Source: an uncultured Clostridium sp. (GTDB taxonomy: Bacteria > Bacillota > Clostridia > TANB77 > CAG-508). From it: a DNA stretch of 64,000 nucleotides. Where the stretch lies: assembly GCA_946495655.1 (NCBI GenBank), contig CAMMDS010000005.1:730-64729 (forward strand), written 5' to 3'. Within the stretch, counting starts at the first letter, position 1; every line of letters begins with the position of its first letter. Under the pieces are notes generated by a model, which saw nothing but the letters and a program-made list of their open reading frames with translations, was not told the DNA's origin and searched no databases. Shown piece after piece: positions 18,832 to 28,938 of this stretch. The position numbers and the translations under genes are program-made.

Positions 18832-19827
18832 ATGGCAAAAAAGAATGAGGAACTAATTCAAAAGAGATTGGAGGCAATTAAAGAGGCAAGTGAAATATCT
18901 TGTACATTACGGGAAATTTGTAATTATACGGATTTAACTTATGCTCAAATGAGCTATTTGCTTAAGAAGTATTCAGAAACGAAGAAAATTGTTGAAAAAA
19001 ATGTGAACAAAAACAAGTCTGAAAAACGGTCGAAAACAATCAAGAAAATAGCTGAACCAAAAGAGGTCTCAATAGCAGCAGAACCTGTTGAGGAAGAAAA
19101 AGAAAAATTGGAAGTGATATTAGACTCTTCTATCGCTGGAATTCCAAATATTTTGAATTTGCTAAAATTTGAATTTTCTGACAGAGTAAAAGTTCTTACG
19201 ACAATAACAGTCAGTGAACTCGAAAAAATGAAAAAATATAAGAATTTCGCAGGCATTAATGCAGCAAAAATTTTAAAAATGGCAGCAGATGATGAAGAAT
19301 CTTTTAGAAGTTACTATGTATGCATCAAAGGAAACAATGCACATATGTCATTTTTGAGATTCTGTGAAGAGCATAAAGACAGAGCAATATTACTTACTGC
19401 TAATACTGGAATGGCTGTAAATGCAAGGGCCTTAAAAGTTAAAACTAGATTTATAATGAAGGATTATACAGATAAAGAAGCTCAACAGCAATTTAAAAGC
19501 TGTACTAAGCAATCCATTATAACTCTGTTTGATACTTGGAAATTTGGCAATCAGTTATTTCTAAGAAACTATCCAAGTAAGAAAATTTTCGTGAATGGAA
19601 TATTGTTAATGGATAGAATTCATGAATTAAATGTTGGAGATGATATATTCATAATCAAAAAGAATGTAGAATACAGTACATTTTCACATTTTCGTATAAT
19701 TGCTTTACAAGAAAATGACAATGCAAGCTTTATATATGGTATAAGGCTTTACAAAAAAATTCCGATTGATTTTGGAAAGATTCCAAATCAATATGCTAAA
19801 GCGATAAGACTATATTGTAATTTGTAA
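18832..19827 (+). CDS. hypothetical protein: N-terminal HTH-like region, PIN-like central domain, C-terminal beta-rich domain
   Basis: RBS aggagg. VILDSS..., TVSELEK, ILLTANTGMAVNA resemble PIN acidic-residue positions, with the last Asp replaced by Asn. Two in-frame CGG codons. Confidence 0.45.
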   Translation: MAKKNEELIQKRLEAIKEASEISCTLREICNYTDLTYAQMSYLLKKYSETKKIVEKNVNKNKSEKRSKTIKKIAEPKEVSIAAEPVEEEKEKLEVILDSSIAGIPNILNLLKFEFSDRVKVLTTITVSELEKMKKYKNFAGINAAKILKMAADDEESFRSYYVCIKGNNAHMSFLRFCEEHKDRAILLTANTGMAVNARALKVKTRFIMKDYTDKEAQQQFKSCTKQSIITLFDTWKFGNQLFLRNYPSKKIFVNGILLMDRIHELNVGDDIFIIKKNVEYSTFSHFRIIALQENDNASFIYGIRLYKKIPIDFGKIPNQYAKAIRLYCNL

Positions 19828-19965
19828 ATAAAAGGATGTGTAAATTAATCCATCTCACTTTGTGGGATGGATTAAACTTAATATAGCAAAACATGTTGGC
19901 ATTATGAGAAAAATGTAGTATAATAAATATTGCAGAATTATTAAAAAGGAATAGAAGGAATAAAT

Positions 19966-20496
19966 ATGAAATTAAATATAGTTTTAGTAGAGCCAGAAAT
20001 ACCACAAAATACTGGAAACATTGCAAGAACATGTGCAGCTATTGGAGCTAAGTTGCATTTAGTATATCCATTAGGTTTTAATATATCAGAGAAAGCAGTA
20101 AAACGTGCGGGACTTGATTATTGGGATAAATTAGATATAGAAGAACATATATCTTTTGATAAATTTTTAGAGAAATATAAACCAGAAGAAAATAACATGT
20201 TTTTTGTAACTACAAAAGGAAAACATGTATATTCTGAACCAAGTTATGGTAATATGTAAGAAGTATTTGCATTATTTGGAAAAGAGACAAAAGGTCTTCC
20301 AGAAGATGTTTTATTAAAATACATAGATAAAACCATTAGAATACCAATGAGGTCGACTTTAAGATCCTTAAATTTAGCTAATTCAGTTGCAATTGTAGCA
20401 TATGATATTGTAAGACAACAAAATTTTAAGGATTTAGAAGAAATAAGTAGTTATTTTAATGAGAAATTAGGGACAGACCCCAATTTCTCAAATTAA
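19966..20496 (+). CDS. trmL: tRNA (cytidine/uridine34-2'-O)-methyltransferase TrmL, interrupted by an in-frame TAA at 20257..20259
   Basis: N-terminal LVEPEIPQNTGNIARTCAA... continues in the SAME frame after the TAA as EVFALFGKETKGLPEDVL...IPMRSTLRSLNLANSVAIVAYD (SPOUT knot). The last 10 codons lie in repeat 20461..20489. Confidence 0.7.
20461..20489. repeat. type-1 hairpin repeat (GAGAAATTrGGGACAGACCCCAATTTCTC)
   Basis: Near-identical to 62086..62118 and to halves of 59577..59640 and 46417..46464. Confidence 0.8.
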
Positions 20497-20522
20497 TAAA
20501 AATAGAAAAGGATGTAAAATTT

Positions 20523-21752
20523 ATGAAAAAAGTAGAATTATTAGCACCAGCAGGTTCATTTGAGAAAGCTAAAACAGCATTTATGTATGGAGCAGATGCT
20601 GTATATTGTGGAACAGGAAGTTTATCTTTAAGAAGTAGAGCAGAAGTAGATGATAATGATTTGGCAAAAACAATAGAATATGCACATAGTATTGGAAAAA
20701 AAGTGTATGCAGCAATTAATATATATGCATGGGATGAATATTACGAAGAAATAAAAAAACAAGCTAAAATGTTGAACGATATAAAAGTAGATGGGATTAT
20801 TGCATCTGATGGTGGAGTAATTGAAATTTTAAAGGAATATGCGCCAGATGTGGATATACATATTAGTACACAAGCTAATACTGTAAGTTATCATTCAGCT
20901 AATTTTTGGTATAGAAATGGTGCTAAAAGAGTGATTTTAGGAAGAGAAATGAATAAAGAGCAAATTAAAGAGATTATGAAAAACAAACCAGAAGATTTAG
21001 AAGTGGAAATGTTTATACATGGGGCAATTTGCTTTGGATATTCTGGAAGATGTTTTTTAAGTGATTTCTTAGCTTCAAGGAGTGCAAACCTTGGAGATTG
21101 TGCACAAAGTTGTAGATGGGCATATAATGTTTATGTAGAGGAGCATAATAAGCCAGGTAATTTAATGCCAGTAGAACATGATGATAAGGGAACTTATATT
21201 TTTTCTTCTAAAGATTTATGTTTAATTAAAGAGATTCCAGAAATTATAGAGATGGGAATTGATAGCTTAAAAATAGAAGGAAGATTAAAAACAGAGTATT
21301 ATTTAGCTAGTGTAGTAAATAGCTATAGAAATGCAATTGATGATTATATAAAAAATCCAGATGAATATGATTATACTAAATATTTAAAAGAATTAGAAAA
21401 GACGAAAACAAGAGGTCTTACAACATTTTATTTTAATGATAGGAATAATAAAGATTTTCAAGAATATGATGGAAAGCAATATAATCCAGATTATGAATTC
21501 GGAGGAAAAATATTAGAATACAATGAAGATAAATCTATTATCGAAATAAGAAACAAATTAAAAATTGGAGATGTAATGGAAATTCTAATTCCTGGAAATA
21601 TAAATCCATGTATATTTACAATAGAAAAATTATGGGATACTGATACAAATCAAGAGGTAGAATTTGTAAACCCAGGAAAAGCAGGACAAAGTATAAAAAT
21701 GCATTTGCCAATTGAATGTAAATCAGGCTGGATTCTAAGAAGAAAAAAATAG
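20523..21752 (+). CDS. peptidase U32 family protein (YrrO/TrhP-like)
   Basis: MKKVELLAPAGSFEKAKTAFMYGADAVY..., GRCFLSDF...CAQSCRW motifs typical of the U32 family. Confidence 0.85.
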   Translation: MKKVELLAPAGSFEKAKTAFMYGADAVYCGTGSLSLRSRAEVDDNDLAKTIEYAHSIGKKVYAAINIYAWDEYYEEIKKQAKMLNDIKVDGIIASDGGVIEILKEYAPDVDIHISTQANTVSYHSANFWYRNGAKRVILGREMNKEQIKEIMKNKPEDLEVEMFIHGAICFGYSGRCFLSDFLASRSANLGDCAQSCRWAYNVYVEEHNKPGNLMPVEHDDKGTYIFSSKDLCLIKEIPEIIEMGIDSLKIEGRLKTEYYLASVVNSYRNAIDDYIKNPDEYDYTKYLKELEKTKTRGLTTFYFNDRNNKDFQEYDGKQYNPDYEFGGKILEYNEDKSIIEIRNKLKIGDVMEILIPGNINPCIFTIEKLWDTDTNQEVEFVNPGKAGQSIKMHLPIECKSGWILRRKK

Positions 21753-21803
21753 AATGGGAAACACCTTTAGAACTAATCTATAAGGTGTTTTTCTAATTTG
21801 TTT

Positions 21804-22598
21804 TTACGTGATTTTTTCTAATTTACCAGCTAAAATAAAGCCAAATAGCATTAAGATGATAGAAATCAATCCAGTAAAATTCAAGCTTATAGGGCTAAAT
21901 AAAACTAAAACACTTCCTAGTGTGAAACCAATTATTGAATAATATGTTTGCATATAAAAATTCTTTAAAAGATACTTGATAATAATCAGAAAGAATATGC
22001 AACCAATAACAAGACCAATTCCCATAGGTATTAAAATCGATAAATTTAAACTGGCTATAGCATCAATATATATATGATAAACTCCTAAGCACATTAGAAT
22101 CAATGTATTACTTACACCTGGCACCACAACACCGATAGACATCAAAAAGCCAGATAATATTAAAAAAATATTAGAAAATCCTGTAACAGTACTACTAAAA
22201 TTGAAATTATTTTCTAAAGCAACTAAAGAATAACCTAAACAAAATGAAACTATTGCAAATAAAATATAATATAGTCTAAAATTATTTTCTGAGTTTATCT
22301 TTTTTACTAAAATTGGAATACTGCCAAGTATTAATCCTATAAAACAGAAACTTGTTTGTGTTGGAAATACATTAAATAAAGACTTTAATATATTACCAAA
22401 TAAAAATATTCCAATAAATCCACCTAAGGCAATAGGAAGTAAATATAAAAAGTTTTTCTTAAAATCCTTAAATAAATTAAGAACTGAATCTATGAGCTTA
22501 TCATATATACCTATAATAACACAAATTACACCACTACTCACACCAGGAAGTATTGCTCCTGTTCCTAAAAGTATTCCAATAAAAATTCTAGTTATCAA
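21804..22598 (-). CDS. DUF368 family polytopic membrane protein
   Basis: Two LPGVSSG / VPGVSNT motifs characteristic of DUF368; about 8 TM helices. Confidence 0.75.
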   Translation of the reverse strand: MITRIFIGILLGTGAILPGVSSGVICVIIGIYDKLIDSVLNLFKDFKKNFLYLLPIALGGFIGIFLFGNILKSLFNVFPTQTSFCFIGLILGSIPILVKKINSENNFRLYYILFAIVSFCLGYSLVALENNFNFSSTVTGFSNIFLILSGFLMSIGVVVPGVSNTLILMCLGVYHIYIDAIASLNLSILIPMGIGLVIGCIFFLIIIKYLLKNFYMQTYYSIIGFTLGSVLVLFSPISLNFTGLISIILMLFGFILAGKLEKIT

Positions 22599-22760
22599 TA
22601 ATAATCATTCCAATCTTTTATTATAAATTAATATTCTTTAATTAATAAATTATTACAGTAATTGGTTTAAAAATTGACAATATTTATTTTTTTACAAGGT
22701 CATGCACTTTCAAATTTCTTACACATATAATTGATGTATAAGGAAATCGGAGGTGCATTT

Positions 22761-23477
22761 ATGTTTACTGCATTTTGTGGAGGAATTGGAACATTAACTT
22801 TTTTAGAGTTTTTAAAATCAGCAGTTTTCTTACTAGGATATATATCAAGTAACAACTTATTTCCAGAACCATTATCACCTGAGGAAGAAAAAAATTATTT
22901 AGAACAGATGAAAGGTGGAAGCGAAGAAGCGAGAAATATACTAATAGAAAGAAACTTAAGACTTGTTGCACATATTTGTAAAAAATATAGTACTGCGAAG
23001 GCAGAGCAAGATGATTTGATTTCAATAGGCACAATAGGTTTAATAAAAGGTATAAATAGTTTTGAAGCTTCAAAAGGTGTAAGACTTGCTACATATGTTG
23101 CAAGATGTATAGATAATGAAGTTTTAATGTACTTAAGAAGTGCAAAAAAATTAAATGCAGAAGTATATCTTGAAGATCCAATAGGAAAAGATAAAGATGA
23201 TAATACAGTTACTCTTCAGGAAGTATTGGAAAATGATGAAAGAAGCATAGAAGATGAAGTGGATTTAAAATTTAAGATAAAAAAATTATATAAAAAGATG
23301 AAAGATGTGTTAAAAGATAGAGAAAAATCAATTATTGAACTAAGATTTGGGCTTAAAGGAACAAAACCAAAGACACAACATGAAATAGCAGAAATGATGG
23401 GAATCTCTCGTAGTTATGTATCTAGAATTGAAACCAAAGCAATAGGAAAATTAGCTAAAGAATTTAAGGAAATATAA
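22761..23477 (+). CDS. sigK: sporulation sigma factor pro-sigma-K (uninterrupted)
   Basis: FPEPLSPEEEKNYLEQMKGGSEEARNILIERNLRLVAHICKKY and GISRSYVSRIETKA closely parallel Bacillus SigK. ATG 22761 follows ggaggtg. Confidence 0.85.
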   Translation: MFTAFCGGIGTLTFLEFLKSAVFLLGYISSNNLFPEPLSPEEEKNYLEQMKGGSEEARNILIERNLRLVAHICKKYSTAKAEQDDLISIGTIGLIKGINSFEASKGVRLATYVARCIDNEVLMYLRSAKKLNAEVYLEDPIGKDKDDNTVTLQEVLENDERSIEDEVDLKFKIKKLYKKMKDVLKDREKSIIELRFGLKGTKPKTQHEIAEMMGISRSYVSRIETKAIGKLAKEFKEI

Positions 23478-23536
23478 TTGTAAAAAAATAATAAATATGT
23501 TAAAATATGTTTTATCTAATAGAAATGGAGAAACAT

Positions 23537-24241
23537 ATGTATAATAAATATATTTTTATAAACAATAATAGAAAGAAAAAACAAAAAGAATTAGAAGAAA
23601 AAAAGAAGTTAGAAGATTCACAAATTTCATTTGATATGCTAATACCAAAAGAAGAAAAAAATACTAAAAAACAATATTTATGTCAAAAAAATAATAATTG
23701 CTTAACATCAAAAAAAGGAAAAAATTTAAATGGATTTGTTGATGATTATGTGTTGGTAGATATTGAAACTACTGGATTATCTCCTATAGCAGATGATATA
23801 ATAGAGATAGGAGCTATAAAAGTAAAAAATAATGAAATGGTGGAACAGTATAATGAACTAATTAACATAAATAGAAATTTATCTCCTTTTATTACAAATT
23901 TAACAGGTATAACAGATGAAATGTTAAAAAGTGGAAAAATGCCGAAAGTTGTTTTTGAAGAGTTTGTTGATTTTGTTGGAGATAATGTGATTATTGGTCA
24001 TAATGTAAATTTTGATTTAGGTTTTTTATGTGATAAATGTAAAAAATATTTGAACTATAATTTGAACAATGATTACATAGATACATTGTACTTAGCTAGA
24101 AGATTAGTTCCAGGTAGTATTAATTACAAATTGGGTACACTTGCAAAGTTGTTTAATATCAGCTATGAAGGAGCACATAGAGGGTTAAAAGATGTAGAAA
24201 TTACTTATGAAGTATATAATAGATTGAGAAAAATAAAATAA
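23537..24241 (+). CDS. DnaQ-like DEDDh 3'-5' exonuclease with Lys-rich N-terminal extension
   Basis: VLVDIETTGLSP (ExoI), GHNVNFDLGFL (ExoII), HRGLKDVE (ExoIII, H-x4-D). Confidence 0.8.
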   Translation: MYNKYIFINNNRKKKQKELEEKKKLEDSQISFDMLIPKEEKNTKKQYLCQKNNNCLTSKKGKNLNGFVDDYVLVDIETTGLSPIADDIIEIGAIKVKNNEMVEQYNELININRNLSPFITNLTGITDEMLKSGKMPKVVFEEFVDFVGDNVIIGHNVNFDLGFLCDKCKKYLNYNLNNDYIDTLYLARRLVPGSINYKLGTLAKLFNISYEGAHRGLKDVEITYEVYNRLRKIK

Positions 24242-24315
24242 TATTAAAAAATTTAAATATATAATAAAAAAACTAGCCTTGAATGAAAATATTCAATTCA
24301 TGGCTAGTTTTTTTA

Positions 24316-24528
24316 TTAGCGATACTTTACATGTTCCCTAACAGCAACCCAAGTACCATCAGGTAATTGCTCTGTGTAACCGCTAATTTCTTCCCAACCA
24401 AAAGCAGAAGAATGATATTTTCTTATCGAATGTAAAACTTTTTCTGCTTGTAATTGAGTAGGGACTGGAGGAGAAATAAATTTTTCCTCGTAAACTTTTT
24501 CCCGTTTTGATTCATCCATAGTTGCCAT
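24316..24528 (-). CDS. hypothetical small protein (orphan, 70 aa)
   Basis: RBS ggaggg before the ATG, with a terminator hairpin downstream. One in-frame CGG. No family recognised. Confidence 0.4.
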   Translation of the reverse strand: MATMDESKREKVYEEKFISPPVPTQLQAEKVLHSIRKYHSSAFGWEEISGYTEQLPDGTWVAVREHVKYR

Positions 24529-24717
24529 AAGTTTTTCCCTCCAATATCTTTAGTATAACTTAATTATATCATTTTTTAAAAAATTTTTCAAAATTTTAAT
24601 AGTTCAAAAAAATGGAAAAATAAAATAAAAAAAATTTCACATAATAATATTGAAAAAATGTAGGTACCATTAAACCAATTTTTTCAATATTAAAAATTAA
24701 TGGAGAAAGGTTAAATT

Positions 24718-25837
24718 ATGAAGAAAAAATTATTAAATTTTATATTAATATTGTCATTATTATTCTTTTTATTCCAAATAAACGTGTTTGCAGCTTCAGT
24801 ACCATTAGGAACAGTTACTGTAGATGTAACAAAAGTAAAAATAGCGCCTGGACAAGAAGTAACTGTAAATATAGAATTTGGAACAGAACTCCGGAGCATA
24901 TACATTTGATGTGGCTTATGATAATAATATTTTTGAATATGTGCGTTCTGAAGGAGGAACAGAAAATGATAATGGTACAAGAGTAAGAGTTACTTATTAT
25001 GATAGTGCAGGAGGAACTAATCCTAGAACAAATATGTCTGTAACATTTAAAGCTAAAGAAGAACTTACAAGTACAAATCCTACTGATTTTTCAATTACGG
25101 CAGAAGGATTAGCAAATAAAGATGCATCTCAAGAATATGATGATATAACTACTCCTATAAAAAAATCTGTAACAGTAGAACCAAATTATGTGGATTATAA
25201 TCTACAGTTTACTTACTCAGGAAAGATTATAGTTAATGAAGAAAAAGCCATGGAATTAATAACTAAATCTACAATGGGTAAAAACTATGACCATGTAAAA
25301 ATGACAGTAGAAGTAACAAAAAAACCATCTGATAATGCTACAGTGCAGTTATTGACAACTACAAGAACTAGACAAGAAGTTGATTTGATTCAGGATGGCT
25401 GGGGAGAACCTGATGGTTATCAATTAGGAGGAAAAGATGTAGAACAAATATTAGATGTTAGAGCATTGTTCAATGAGATAGGTGAATATACAATAAAAGT
25501 TAGCCTTTTAGATAAAGATTCATCAAACGCTGTAATTGCCACAAAAGATTTTAATTTTAATATAGAGAAAGAACAAATTACAGATAATGAAAATAACAAT
25601 GAAGGCAATACAACTACAGAAGGAGAAAACAATCAAGGTACAACAGGAGAAGAAGAAAATATTATTAATGAAGGAAATGAAAATGGACAAACTAATACAG
25701 AAGAAAAATTACCAGAAAGTTTGCCAAAAACAGGTATGACACAATATGCATATATAATAACGGCTGTTGCTGTACTAGGCTGTGCATATATAGCAACTAA
25801 AAATATAAAGAATGAGAACAAAACTAAAATGAAGTAA
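24718..25837 (+). CDS. LPXTG-anchored surface protein with N-terminal cohesin-like domain; needs a +1 frame change at CGG 24892
   Basis: Signal peptide MKKKLLNFILILSLLFFLFQINVFA. Junction ...NIEFGTEL[G]AYTFDVAYDNNIFEYV. C-terminal LPKTG + TM + KNIKNENK sorting signal. Confidence 0.7.
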
Positions 25838-25943
25838 TTAATGTAATTAAGTCTTTAATCTAATAGGAAATGAATATTTCCTATTAGATTAAAAAACGTA
25901 AATATTATTGCCTGAAATTACATAGAAAGGACATAATAATAAA

Positions 25944-26561
25944 ATGCTAAAAAATTTTATTAAATTACTAATTATTTTAATAATATCTATGTTAATAGGA
26001 AATATGGCTTATGGTATGTATAGAGAAGCAAAAATAGGAGATGGACCAAATAGTAATTTGGCAGAAGAATTCAATGAAATTAATAACTTAGACAATCATA
26101 TAAACACTACAATCAACCAAAATTCAACAACTAATAATTTGCAAGAAGAAAAAATCGTAAAAGAATATAAAGGATATGTAGTATCCGCAAAATTAGAAAT
26201 TCCCGAAATTAATTTAGAAACATATGTATTAGATTCAGATGAAGAAGAAGCAATGTGGCTATGTCCTACAAAATATTTTGGACCAGATGCAAATGAAACA
26301 GGTAATTATTGTATAGCAGCTCACAATTATGATAAAGAAAATATGTTTAATCATATTATAGAGTTAAATAAAGGAGATTATATATTTTTAACAGATAATA
26401 AAAATGGACAAGTAAAATATGAAATATATGATATATACAAAGTAAAACCTACAGACACACAAGTTTTATCACAAAAAACTAATGGTGAAACAGAACTAAC
26501 ATTAATTACTTGTAGTGATTATTCAAGTAAAAGAATTATTGTAAAGGCAAGAAAGGTCTAA
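25944..26561 (+). CDS. sortase (cysteine transpeptidase)
   Basis: N-terminal TM anchor, AAHNY (catalytic His region), LTLITC catalytic Cys motif, C-terminal Arg. Confidence 0.85.
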   Translation: MLKNFIKLLIILIISMLIGNMAYGMYREAKIGDGPNSNLAEEFNEINNLDNHINTTINQNSTTNNLQEEKIVKEYKGYVVSAKLEIPEINLETYVLDSDEEEAMWLCPTKYFGPDANETGNYCIAAHNYDKENMFNHIIELNKGDYIFLTDNKNGQVKYEIYDIYKVKPTDTQVLSQKTNGETELTLITCSDYSSKRIIVKARKV

Positions 26562-26635
26562 TAAAAAATCAAATGAAAAGATATTAGATTAAAATTTTTT
26601 GAGTTGTATTAGTAATTTTAGGAAGGAAAAATGTA

Positions 26636-28913
26636 ATGAAGAAAAAAATAATAATTATTTTGAGTTCAATAATTATTTTATCGATAATGTTCATAATAGT
26701 ATTTAATTTATTAAAAATAGATAATGTCAAAAGTGAAACAATTTTAACAAGACAGATGATGTTATCAGATATTTTTCCTGATAACTATAAACCATATATA
26801 AATGAATTAAAAAAACAATATCCAAATTGGGAATTCAAAGCTTTATATACAAACTTAGATTGGAAATATGTAATAGATAATGAAAATATTTTTGGAAAAA
26901 ATCTGGTTCCAAAATCATATTCAGACAGTTGGAAAAATACAAATCCAGGAGAATACAATGTTGAGGTTGATAGTGGTTGGGTTGATTCTTCTAGAACGGC
27001 AGTAGAATATGCAATGGACCCAAGAAATTTTTTAAATTATGTAAGAGTGTTTCAATTTGAGGAATTATCGTATAATTCTAGAACCAATACTACATCAAGT
27101 ATAGAGAAAGTACTTTATGGAACAGAATTCTATAATAAAATAGTAGAATATAAAAATTCTAGTGGAAATAATATAGTAACAGATAAAAAATATTCAGAGC
27201 TTATACTTTCTGCTGCAAAAACATCTGGAGTAAGTAGCTTTCATTTGGCATCAAGAATTAAACAAGAAGTAGGGCCATTTTTATCACATAGTTCAATTAG
27301 TGGAACTGTAAGTGGATTTGAAGGACTATATAATTTCTATAACATAGGCGCTACAAGTTCATCAGAACCAATGGGTGCAATAAAAAACGGACTTCAATAT
27401 GCAAAAGATGGAAAAGGTGCGACTGCTGCGACAAAGGAGAAATATTTAATACCTTGGAATACTAAAGAAAGAGCAATTATAGGAGGGGCAATATTTATAG
27501 GGTCTAGTTATATTAATCAAGGACAAGATACAATATATTTACAAAAATTTCATGTATATGATACTGGTAGTGATGAATTATTTTGGCATCAATATATGAC
27601 AAATGTTTTAGCTCCATATAGTGAATCAAAATTAATATATACAGGTTATTCTAATGCTAATTTATTAGATTCTTCAATGTCTTTTGTAATTCCAATTTAT
27701 GAAAATATGCCGGATTTACCATGTACTAGTCCTGCGATTTCAGCAAGCGATTTTTCTTCAGATAATACTGAAGTTTTTGCTAATGTGGATACTAGTTTAA
27801 ATGTGAGAAGCGGACCAGGTACATCATATGAAATTCTAACAAGTGTACAGGCAGGTACTAGAATGACAAGAATAGCAAAAGGAAAGCAAAAAGGAGAATT
27901 ATGGGATAGAGTAAAATTGGATAATGGATTAGTAGGTTATGTATTTCAAACTTACTTAGAAGAAGTACCAGATAAACAAGTAGAGAAGATTGAATTAAGT
28001 GTTGATAAATCAACTATAAATAAAGGAGAAAAAATAAAAATAAATTATACAATCTCACCTAGTGATGTAGCTGATAAAACATTGAAATTTACTTCTAGTG
28101 ATACAAAAGTTGCAACAGTAAGTAGTGATGGATATATATTAGGAATTGGATCACGGAACTAGTACAATTACTGCAAAAGCAACTAATGGAGTAAGCAGTA
28201 GTATAAAAATAAATGTATATAGTCCAGTTACTGATATTGTATTAGGTACTGAAAATATTGTTTTGCAAGTTGATGAAACTTTTAAAATAGTGGCTAGTGT
28301 GGTACCTAATGATGCTAATAACAAAAAAATATTATATAAATCAGAAAATGAAGATATTGCAAAAGTAGATGCAGAAGGAAATGTAACAGCAATAGCAGAA
28401 GGAGATACTAATATAATAGTTAGTTCGGATGAAGGAAATATTTCAAAAAATGTTAAAGTAAAAATAATTAGAAAATTACAAGAAGGAGAAATTATATTTG
28501 ATGAATCACTAAATATAAATGGAAATGAAATTACAGGATTAGAAAACAAATACAATACTGCTGATAAAATGCTAAATAAAATAAATACTAATTATACAGT
28601 AGAAATATATAATACAGAAGGTGATAAATTGAATGGAACAGATTTGGTAGGAACTGGTAGCATTATTAAGATTTTAGATAATAATAATTTGATTATGGAA
28701 TATAATGTAATAATGTATGGAGACGTAAATGGTGATGGAAAAATAAATAGTATAGATTTACTTGTGCTTCAAAGACATATATTAGAAATACAGAAGTTTT
28801 CAGGAGTTTATATAAAAGCCGGAAATGTTAGAAAAAATAATAAAAATCCAAGTTCTGTAGATTGTTTGTTAATACAAAGACATATTTTAGGGTTACAAAA
28901 TATAGAACAATAA
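26636..28913 (+). CDS. GH73 N-acetylglucosaminidase-like peptidoglycan hydrolase with SH3b, two Big_2 repeats and a C-terminal dockerin; needs a +1 frame change at CGG 28154
   Basis: SGVSSFHLASRIKQEVG...YNFYNIGA (GH73-like), NVRSGPGTSYEIL (SH3b). Junction ...GYILGIGS[G]TSTITAKATNG (Big_2). GDVNGDGKINSIDLLVLQRHIL (dockerin repeat) plus a degenerate second repeat. Confidence 0.75.
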
Positions 28914-28938
28914 AAATAAACAGAGAGAGGATATAGAA

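Noticed and set aside
22599-23477. skin-like element interrupting sigK, as in Bacillus subtilis and Clostridioides difficile
   Set aside because: The sigK ORF is continuous from the pro-sequence to region 4.2, and no recombinase gene is nearby.
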